A stretch of DNA of 64,000 bases from Octopus sinensis. Taxonomy: Eukaryota. The notes beneath the pieces are model-generated. The model saw only the letters and a list, made by a program, of their open reading frames with translations, did not search any database and was not told the origin of the DNA. The stretch is taken from assembly GCF_006345805.1 (NCBI RefSeq), contig NC_043007.1:27094001-27158000 (forward strand), in the 5' to 3' direction. Of this stretch, positions 53,864 through 64,000 are shown in pieces; position 1 is the first letter of the stretch; every line of letters begins with the position of its first letter. A program made the position numbers and the translations under genes.

Positions 53864-54142
53864 AACAACAAACAAGATGAGGACAAATATCCGTCAAATA
53901 ATGTAAATAATGTGCATAATTCCACGTTTTAAATATAGGAATGGAAGACTAATAAGGATGATAACAAAAACAAAAAGAACAACAACAACAATAACAATGA
54001 TAGCAATACCATTTCCTGATGGCTTAAAAGAATTATTCCATTCTACTTAAGCATATCTGTTGTATATTTACAATACTTGAACAAATGGTCTACAGCTCTC
54101 ATATATTGTCACACTGGTCATTATAATACTTATTAGGGAAAT

Positions 54143-54470
54143 GTTTAAATGTTTTTCTAAAGAGATGAGTACATTTAAGTGCTAATTCATTACTAGAATC
54201 CTTTAAACTGAACTTGGAAATAGAGATATGGAATATCTTTTCTTGGTAAAGGTCACATATTTAGAAAAGCATGATGGGCTATTTTATATCATAATAAGCA
54301 CATCTATAGTTGTACATCTATAATAAATCCAAATAGATTTACTTAAAGAGGTGAAATTCTCTCTTATAGGCAATTATTATCTCTTGTATTGAAGTCCGTA
54401 GCACAAGAACCAATGTCATAGAACATGTGTCTACCAGCTGTTACCAAACATCTATAGACTAATTTTTTTC
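54143..54470 (-). pseudogene. Penelope-like element GIY-YIG endonuclease relic
   Basis: Ordered motifs KKLVYRCLVTAG..FYDIGSCATDFNTRDNN, TSLSKSIW (54329-52), CDLYQEKIF and SSNELALKCTH across frameshifts. Confidence 0.75.
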
Positions 54471-54525
54471 CCAAGTACCAGTTGGTACCATTTGATGGAT
54501 GTTTGTCCTCATCTTGTTTGTTGTT

Positions 54526-54570
54526 AACAGAACGTTTCGGCGGATATACCTTCCAGCCTTCATCAACTTT
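54526..54570 (-). ncRNA. Hammerhead-like motif HH-B copy 3
   Basis: Minus strand TTGATGA-A-GGCTG(loop)CCGCC-GAAA-CGTT-CTGTT; C3>U and stem I lost. Confidence 0.45.
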
Positions 54571-54590
54571 CCAACCTGTCATTATAATTT

Positions 54591-54835
54591 TTCAGGTCAC
54601 TGCCTGGAATCGAACTCGGAATCTCTGGGTTAGTAGTCCGCGCTCTTAACCACTACACCATATAGGCAATTATGGATTGAATTTTTAGGGCTTATAAATC
54701 TAATATTTAACTATCCTTCCATTAGATTTATAAGCCCTAAAAATTCACTCCATAATTGCCTACGAGCAAGTAGTGGTTAAGAGCGCGGGCTACTAACCCC
54801 AAGATTCGGAGTTCAATTCCAGGCAGTGACCTGAA
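54591..54835. mobile_element. Foldback of two tRNA-like family F modules
   Basis: Arms 54591-54704 and 54721-54835 are inverted copies including about 45 bp of leader upstream of the tRNA-like part. Confidence 0.8.
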
Positions 54836-54848
54836 TAATAATAATAAT

Positions 54849-54922
<74 letters not shown>

Positions 54923-55137
54923 GTAACAGAATTCATCTGTCACTCTGTTTAACAACATCATCTGGCTCCGAGATGTTCGTAAAAATGTTCAATCTGCTGT
55001 AATATATCTTCTATGTGTATTGGTTTGAGAGACATGGGAAAGAGAGAAGAGCAGAAAGCGTGAGGACGAATGAAAGTCAGACAAGACGTAGGCGACATAG
55101 AACAATGACAAGAAATAACAGTCGTAATAACGGTTAT

Positions 55138-55343
55138 AGATTCTAGCGGAAGGCCAGCAATTTCGGGTGAGGGGTAAGTCGATTAGAATTACCCCAGTGC
55201 GGCACTGGTACGTATTTTTATTGACTGCGAAAGGATGAAACCCAAAACCGACTTCGGTGGCATTTGAACTCACAACGTTAAGTTGCAAGAAATGATGCTA
55301 AATATTCTGTGCGCTGCAGTAACGATTCTGCCAGCTCGCCGCC

Positions 55344-55344
<1 letters not shown>
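55138..55344 (-). mobile_element. SINE family A
   Basis: Ends gattctgccagctcgccgcctt. Confidence 0.8.
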
Positions 55345-55427
<83 letters not shown>

Positions 55428-55437
55428 ATAATAATAA

Positions 55438-55558
<121 letters not shown>

Positions 55559-56067
55559 TTGATAATAAGAATAATAATAATAACTAGTACCATTATTAAT
55601 TATTTATGAGACACATTCTGCAATCACATTTCTTAAGTTACAGACAACATGATATATTTTGAAAAGCGTGCAGAGAGAGGTATACCTTGTTAGAAATATT
55701 TTGCAATAAGATTCTAGCAACACTTAATGACCGTCAAATTTCTGTCTTGTTATTTTCGAGAACGTGCTTATGTCCATGCTTACAAGAAAGTTATCACTCT
55801 GTTTTTACAAAAGCGACCATATATCATAAAAGTTTTGCTAATTACAAATACGTATCCGGACTCAATTCATATAAGATATGTCGCTTTTCATTCAATAACT
55901 ACGTTTGTGTAAAACGTTGAAGTTTTCACATTAATATTAGAATAATTATTCTGTACTGAAATGTCAGTCTTTACCACTCTGCTCTTACGGAAAAAAGATC
56001 TGTAGCTGGGTTATAATTTCATAACATACTTACAGAGGTGGAGATTCTTATGTGGACCTCTTACCTT

Positions 56068-56420
56068 TCAATTGTTTCGGTTATTGGACTGCGGCCATGC
56101 TGGGGCACGCGATTGAATGCTTTAATGGAACAAACAAACAAACCCTAGTAGTCATTTTGTAAAACCTGACACTTATCTTTTAATTATCTTTGACGAACTG
56201 CTAAACTACGGCAAAGCAAATAAGCCAACACCGGTTGCACACACACATACGTATATATATTTATGACGAGTTTCCGCACAGTTTCCTTCTACCAGATTAA
56301 TTAAGAAAACATAGGTTGGAATGTAGTTATAAATGAAGAGCCTTGTGGAAGATATTGCGCAGTGGAATTGAAACGGAATCACCTAGTTACAAAGCGAGCT
56401 TTTTAACCACAAAACTATTC
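56068..56420 (-). mobile_element. SINE family B, diverged
   Basis: gactgcggccatgctggggcac tail and a decayed tRNA head near 56355-56420. Confidence 0.65.
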
Positions 56421-56954
56421 CTGTTTATAGCTAGATTTTATACCTAGATTTCCAGAAGTACTGAACTTTTTGCCTTCTATACTCATAGTCGCTTCTTCTA
56501 CAATATTTAATATTTAACTAGACATCTTTTATGAGTTAATATAACATAAGCAATCAACAAAGACGACTTCAATTATAGAAATTCTTCAAACAAAGAACAT
56601 TCGCATTAAATAATAAATTATACGTTATGGCTATTTTATGAACAGAAGATATAAGAAGTACCTTGCCACAAGATCTGCGAGGCGAGTAAACATGAAAAGA
56701 TGCTGAGGTGAAAGATTTGCTTACGGCGAATAACTATCGATAAGGTCAGTGACTGTAACGAAAGGGCTTTGACAGACTAATCGATTAAGCAATTGATCAA
56801 TCGACAAATTGGTTAATTGACTTGTTATAAAAATAAAATGGAGCATTAGCACTGTGTGTGTTTATATTAGCATTGTGACCCACCCGAAATAGAACAATAA
56901 TCAGAAATGGTCGTTTTGAGGATGGCCTCGGAATATTCTGTGGAATGAGTGATG

Positions 56955-57095
56955 GTGCGTGAGCTGGTGATCAGTGTGCTGAACTGACGATCGGGAGATT
57001 ACGGTTTCGAGATCAGGAGCAGTGCGGTGCATTGTGCTCTTGAGAAAAACACTTCATTTCTCGTTGCTCCAGTCACCTTAGCTGTAAACGGATAA
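56955..57095 (+). mobile_element. SINE family C head, diverged
   Basis: ttgagaaaaacacttcatttctcgttgctccagtcac. Confidence 0.55.
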
Positions 57096-59617
57096 TTCTG
57101 TAAGGGAATAGTGCCCCGTTTAGGGAAAATAAGATCTCACCCTCCCTTTTTATGTCATAGAAACCAGGCATTCAATTCTAAGAGTCGACCGACTAGAACC
57201 AGCTTTTAATTTTATACTATAGAATGAAACATAGCCAACAAGATGCTTGCAAAGTGCAACCAATGATAGTTGAGTGAATTTGGTAGTTAGGAAACTATGC
57301 TGAAGCTCGTCGCAAATATATGTACGTGTGGGTGGGTGTGGTTCTGTTTGTTGCCTCACAGCGTCGCTTGAGAAAAGTTATAACGAAGGAAGTTTAACAT
57401 AACTGACTGACAATGCTTTTCTGTCTGTCTGTCTGTATCCCTTTCTCTCTCTCTTTCTTGATATCTCTATATCTCACTCTTCCCTTAATGATGGCTGTTA
57501 CTGTTGTGTGGACGCCCCCAGACGATGAAGTAGGCTGGCCCAATACGTAGATATAGTGGGAGAAGTCTAGAAGTCAGTCAGACTAGAGTGGAGTAGTGGT
57601 GAGACTAGAGTAGAGAGCACAGAGTAGCATAGGCATCCCAACGTGTGACATGACAGTTACTTATGTGACTTCATTCGGGGCTCCTTCATGAATTACATCG
57701 AGAATCATGGAAAAAATAATCTGATTTGTTTGGAAGTCAGCCGACAGATGCAACCACCACGAAAAGAATATCCGGTAAGATTATCAATATCTCATTTTGA
57801 TCTTATAATTTTTACTCTTATGCGACTACGGCTATGCTGGAGCAAAGCCTTGAAGGGTTTAATCGAAAGCAATCGACCCCAGTACTATGTATCTGGTATT
57901 TATTCTATCGATCAATTTTGCCACAACACTAGGTAAAAGGAACGTAAATAAACCTACACGGGTTGTCAAAATTGGTGCGAGAAAAAAGAAACAGCAAAGG
58001 ACACACTCACTTATGTGCATACATACACGCATACATACACATGCATACAAACATACGCACACACACTCACACACACACATACATACATCACAGAAATTTT
58101 TCGCTTAAATGTATATGAGCATGTCTAGATATGTAACTCTACGCATGAGAATACATTAAAAAAATCATATAATGGCGGTGCCCCAGCATGGCCACAGCTC
58201 AAGAGCTGAAACTGGAAAACAAAACAAAATAATTCTGCACATACATACATACATACATACATACATACATACATACATACATACATACATACATACATAC
58301 ATACAAAAATCCCCAGTTGTTGATGTTGAAATTCCAATATAGAAACCTTAGATCTAGGTTACAAACCGGTTCTTTCTCTATTTGCGAGAAATCTTGAAAT
58401 AACTGAATAATGACATACACATACCTGTATTCTTAACCACACAACTACATCTCCGCCTCTATATCTATTTCATTCTCTGGTTTGTCTTTAGGCTTTCATT
58501 GTTGAAAGATTCTAAGCTAATTTCTTTGTAAAATTATATTACATTACTTAACTATTCTGTAGTCACACATCCCCTAATACTATTTTCTAGTTTTCAATAA
58601 AATTCTTCTTGAAAGATTCAAGGTTTCCTTTAGTTTATTGTTGTTGTTATTGTTTATCCCAAGGTCAATGCTGACTGAGAAGTCACCTAATAGATCAACT
58701 GCTCACGTGGCAGTTCGCTGTTTTAGATACTTCTAGGACTACATAATAGGAAGTCACACTCCATTAGGGAACTCGAAGGATATGATTTGAGTGCAATCCT
58801 ACTGTTACTTACAACATATCAATCAACCACGTCGAGATACCATTCTGATGCTGTTACACATTTGCACGTATTACCTCATATTACTGTTTCTTTCCATAAT
58901 ATATTATTAATTTATTTTTAAAACAGTAACTTTCAAATAACCAAAACTTACAATTAATTATTGTAATATGAATATTTTTTGTTTGAAGAATTCGAATGCT
59001 TGCAGCCATTTTTGCTCGTTGCTTATGTTGTATTTACTAATACAAGGTATATTCTTAAATCGTATGGAAGAACCGATTTGTTCCATTTGGAGCGGCGTAA
59101 TTGTTTCTGTCGCTGTCTATTTCTGTCTTACTTTAACAACGTAGTCTTCTGTTCTATTTTCAAAGTGTTTATTTTTTGTAATAATATACCACGTACTTAA
59201 TATCGCATTTTCAGAACGAAGTAAAAATTCAAACAGAGAGAAAGAAATCTTAGAATTAATATAGGATGGTGTCATGTTTCTTTGTGAAAATTGCTTGGAA
59301 TGTTTCTCTGTCTATCTTGATGTTTAAATAGAATATGAAGGGGACTAGATGTTCAGTTATGAAACCGTGGGTATATAATTTAATCAGTTTAATAGATTAT
59401 TCAGAGAATAAAAGGCAGCACCCAGGAAACTTTTCAGGCTGACCGTCTCTGGTAGAATAAAATTATCAATATTCTGCAGATCTGCTCTGAATGCTGGCAA
59501 TGGAAAGAACGTCGCCCAAATTACCCAGCACCCAGTTTGCGATATAAAATCGGGCGATGGATAAAGGAACTCAATAATAAATCTTTGAACGAGATGTAAA
59601 CAGTAACCGCTCGACAA

Positions 59618-59963
59618 CGTAAAGTATACTAGTCAACTTAATATGGCTAACCACTAGGGGTGGGGTGGGGGTGTTACTGTAACTTTTTAGTCCCAGGAGA
59701 TCATCGTCTCCAGCTGGCTTTAGACACAATCCTGTGCCCTTCAATGATTAGCATGTGTTGACAAGAGACAATAATCTCGAAACTGCAGTCCATGCGTATC
59801 ACTTAGGTTTTCGAGAGGGGATGACCTCCCTTTGCGAATATCATTAAAGGGCGCAGGATTGTGTCTAAAGCCAGCTGGAGACGATGATCTCCTGGGGCTA
59901 AAAAGCTACAGAACCCCCCTCCCCTAGTGGTTAGCCATATTAAGATGGCTAGTATACTTTACG
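59618..59963. mobile_element. MITE with TIRs of about 130 bp
   Basis: 59618-59748 and 59840-59963 are reverse complements (cgtaaagtatactag ... ctagtatactttacg). Confidence 0.85.
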
Positions 59964-60052
59964 ATAAAGGAACTATTTTACTGAAAAGTTGCTTGATTGG
60001 ATAGTACTTGGAGTCATCATCCAAGAAGAGGGCGGTTAGTCTCTATTGATGG

Positions 60053-60431
60053 AAGCACTCCGTCGGTTACGACGACGAGGGTTCCGGTTGATACGAATCA
60101 ACGGAACAGGCTGCTCGTGAAATTATCGTGTAAGTGGCTGAGCACTCCACAGACACGTGTACCCTTAACGTAGTTCTCGGAGATATTCAGTGTGACACAG
60201 AGAGTGACAAGGCCGTCCCTTTGAAATACAGGTACAACAGAAACAGGAAGTAAGAGTGAGAGAAAGTTGTGGGGAAAGAGTACAGCAGGGATCACCACCA
60301 TCCCCTGCCGGAGCCTCGTGGAGCTTTAGGTGTTTTCGCTCAATAAACACTCACAACGCCCGGTCTGGGAATCGAAACCGCGATCCTACGACCACGAGTC
60401 CGCTGCCCTAACCACTGGGCAATTGCGCCTC
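60053..60431 (-). mobile_element. SINE family E head with the family C tail
   Basis: Head matches 40704-40850; 60053-60240 matches the tail of 7224-7620. Confidence 0.9.
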
Positions 60432-61805
60432 CACAGTCTCTATTAGGGTGTATGATTAGACAACGTGGAAGTGTTAAATGGAGCAGTTGATATAACTGTA
60501 AATTGTTACGGCAATGTCGAACAGCTCGTAACTTTAAACAGTGTCAATATTTAAAATTTAATATGTCATTTATCGAATACCTGTATCACAAGGAATTTCC
60601 CACCACCGAATCCATCCTCACAGGAATTGTCAAGAAACACGACTGCAGACAATAAACCTATAGCAGCTTCGACATATCTGCTAGCTTCCTTCATATTTTT
60701 ATGACACCAGTTGTCATACTGGAAAATCTAGACATACCAAAACTTAAACATATCAGAAATATCCATAGAAATAAATGATTTCCAATATTGTCACTAGGGC
60801 AGCAGGAGAGGATAATTGGATTACATCGACCGCAGCGCTGTGGTGGGACTTATTTTATTGAGTAAAAAGTATTATTAGAATTGAGATAAGGCAAAACATC
60901 TTGCGATAAGAATTTCAACTTTTTACTTCCCGATTTCAAATTCCATCAATTTTGTCGTTATCGCCATGGTCTCGATAATACAAAGAGCAGATATAATTTG
61001 GATTTCTCAGTATATACAAATAAATAGATTTATTTTATATGATAGGTTGCGATGAATTTATTTTATTTAATTAGTTATAAAGTATGTTTGTTACCTTGTT
61101 TTATTTGAAAGTATCCGTCATTCGTAACAGATAAACAGCAAAGTCCAGAACCCTGTCTAATCCTGGGCCACCTCTAACGGAATTAGACGACTGGGCGCAG
61201 CTGTTTGGACATTGACACAGCTGACTGGACATTGAGCCTGTTTGGGGACATCACTTTTTGGCGCTAGAAGCAAACACATACACACACACACACATACACA
61301 CAAAGGTACACATGCAGTAATATACAAATACAGATAGAAAAGTCAGAATTGGTGAGAGATAGATACAGAGATAGATAGGTAAAGAAAAGGAGAGAGAGTG
61401 AGTAAATCAGAGGAAATAATATTAGGGAAAGTTTAGAGAAGTGGAACATTTAAAGGAAAGAAACCTTAGAACGTCCGATGTCAAAGAATTCAACATCGAA
61501 TGAGTGGCGCCAAATTAGGCGGCGACAGTACAGCTGTGACAAACATCTCATACATCACCCATCGGCGGAAGGTAAAGTGACCAAGTAGTAAGAGTGCAAT
61601 GCTATAATTTCAATATTAGTTTACTGTAACACGGGCATTAATGTATGTAGGAGCACCATGGTTAAATGGTTATGCAGTTTGCTTCGCTGTCATGGGGTCT
61701 TGTGTTCAATCTCATTGTCGGACGAATTTCCTATTTTATATGTTCTGATCGATCATGTGAATGAAATTGAACAGAGAGAAACTATATAACCATCCATTGG
61801 GTAGA

Positions 61806-62008
61806 CTGTTAAACGGTAACGCCGGTGTCTCAAGGCGAGCTCAGCGTATACGTAAACCACACGTCGAGCAAAAGAGCAAAAGCTCGCTCGATCTCGATTT
61901 TCGGTACGGATACGACCCGCGAAAGGGTGGCCCATCGATCCTTTCCGAATTACAGTGGCGAGCTATGCGTCCGCCGAGAGGTGCCAGAAAAGTTACCACA
62001 GGGATAAC
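61806..62008 (+). pseudogene. 28S rRNA fragment
   Basis: CTGTTAAACGGTAACGCCGGTGTC..AAAAGCTCGCTCGATCTCGATTTTC..GAGGTGCCAGAAAAGTTACCACAGGGATAAC (domain V). Confidence 0.9.
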
Positions 62009-63689
62009 CTTGCCACACACACAGAGTCGAACTGAGTATAAAAATATTGGTTGCCAGGAGACTAAGGCGGCCCACCCGCAACTACAATATTATCATTCAA
62101 TTTCAGTTTTTATTAGAAGTATTCTTTTCAACAGGCTACAAACAGAGCCAGGCTTGAATATTTATTGTATTCTTCCATGAATGAATAAAAAATTCTCAAA
62201 CTTGAGGGGATTAGCCCCTTAGATACTAACATGGGTCTCCATAAATGGATTCTAATGGCGCAGGGGCCCATTTGCTATGAGGCAAGCTGGCAACCCGGGC
62301 AGTCCGCCACTGCACAGAGGCAGACAGACAGATACACACACACACATAGACATACACGTATATATGTTATGCTGACTCTACTTGAGAAGTGTAGACTGTT
62401 GACGTGTTTGTGAATGCTCGGCCCTTTACACATTGATTCAAGGGCAGGTAATTCATTTAACCGAGTACAGAAACATTTCTCGTCGAACCACGGTGATCGA
62501 TCGACTCATTACTTCTTACAAATACACAGGGACACACATATTCACCTATACCCATACAGACACTATTTCAAGCGATAATTATTTACGATCCTTCAGTTCC
62601 TGAGTTCAAATCCTACCGGGATCTGTCTGGCATTTCACCTCCTCCTGGATCCAGAGTATAATTACACACCAAGAAACAGTGTCGATTAAACCGGGTATAG
62701 AATACCCTTGTGGTTTTGATCTCAAATTAGAAATAACAATTATTGTTTGTGAAGAAACAATGAAATGAATAATTACAAGAGTGTAAGCTAATGACATTCA
62801 CACGCACACCCACACGTCTACCCTTGCACATGCGCAATAGCAGTTTTACAAGCCCCTGCACCCACATGCCGTCGCTCCCCCTTTCTCTCGCATTCTCTTT
62901 CACAAGTAGACTCACAAACGCACGCATCGTTTTTCTTTCCCGATTTGTCATCAGTTCTTCGTGTTATTTGCTGTGATTACGTCAGTAATTCTTGTTTCTC
63001 ACCCAATTCAATAATTATCACTTAGAAAGTGGCAAAGCCAAAAAGCAAACGAACGTACAATGAAGCAAAACGAAAAACCAAAAAATGGTTTACAAATGAA
63101 AAAAATATATATAAACGCAACAATAACCAAATAAGTTGCTTTTACATCAGAATCTCGAACCAAATTAGTTTTTGATATGGAACTGATTCGCCAGTTTCAT
63201 ATTAAGAAATTATTTTAATGTTAGTTCATTTGGTATGATCTACAAATTAGATAAATAACCGGGGTTAATAAGCGTTAATAGAACACATGCAGTGATGTCG
63301 ACGAAATCCCGTTTGTTTGGCACCAGATTAACGGTCGTATGAACAGACATGTTATTAAAGCAATTTAATTTTGTTTCCAGGCGAATTGGACTGAGATTGT
63401 TATTCAATCCGTCCTTCTCTTTCATTTAAGATAGCAAATTGCAACAGGAGCGAGACTTGAATGTTCTTTCAGGTAAATATCTGGCTCGTTGCATTCTGAA
63501 TTCAGATTTTATTAAGTATAACACAACATTTCATCGGTCAGTGGATGTTACAATTAAGTGGTGGTACAAAGACGAGGGCGTTAATTTAACGAAATTGATA
63601 GAATATCGGTTGCTAAGCGTTGTTATCTGCGCTCCATTTATTTGCATTTTGAGACGATGAAAACTAGGAACTGTTACGAGTCCTGTAAC

Positions 63690-63920
63690 TCAGCCTCGGT
63701 CAACAGGCTTCCATGGTGTATCGGTGACTGGCATCACAAGATGCCCTTTCTCCCTGAAAGGGTTATTAGTCCTTCGCAGAATTACAGATTTATAGCAGAG
63801 TGAACTGGACACGCATAACAATGAAGTGGTTTGCGGAAGAAACAACGCTTCGCCTGGGGTGAGAATTGATACGATCATCTCAGGGTAGTGGGTGCAACGC
63901 ACTAATCTCTACGCCATCCA
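63690..63920 (-). mobile_element. Highly diverged family C/D-like SINE
   Basis: gcagagtgaactggac..aatgaagtggtttgc..aacgc, then a decayed tRNA-like end. Confidence 0.4.
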
Positions 63921-63955
63921 GTTTCTATATACATATATATATATATATACATACA

Positions 63956-63986
<31 letters not shown>

Positions 63987-64000
63987 CACACACACACACA

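Overview
AT-rich, repeat-saturated eukaryotic DNA with no host protein-coding exon that I can support. It reads as intronic or intergenic sequence from an octopod cephalopod (Octopus-like); that assignment is from recognising the SINE families, not from a search. Nearly all ORFs in the supplied track are translated microsatellites. Real content: (i) about 35 copies of four tRNA-headed SINE families; (ii) Tc1/mariner relics (two mariner, one maT/DD37D-like), several MITEs (including a TTAA piggyBac-type MITE with an empty site in the window) and a Helitron; (iii) RTE, R4/Dong and probable CR1/L2 LINE fragments; (iv) two decayed 28S rRNA fragments. The main observation is (v): 11 type I hammerhead-ribozyme-shaped motifs in six different short repeat families. 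One family couples a tRNA-like Pol III head, an (AAT)n spacer and a hammerhead, and is physically joined to a Penelope-type GIY-YIG endonuclease relic; several insertions are head-to-head foldbacks. All alignments and folds were done by eye and none has been computed.
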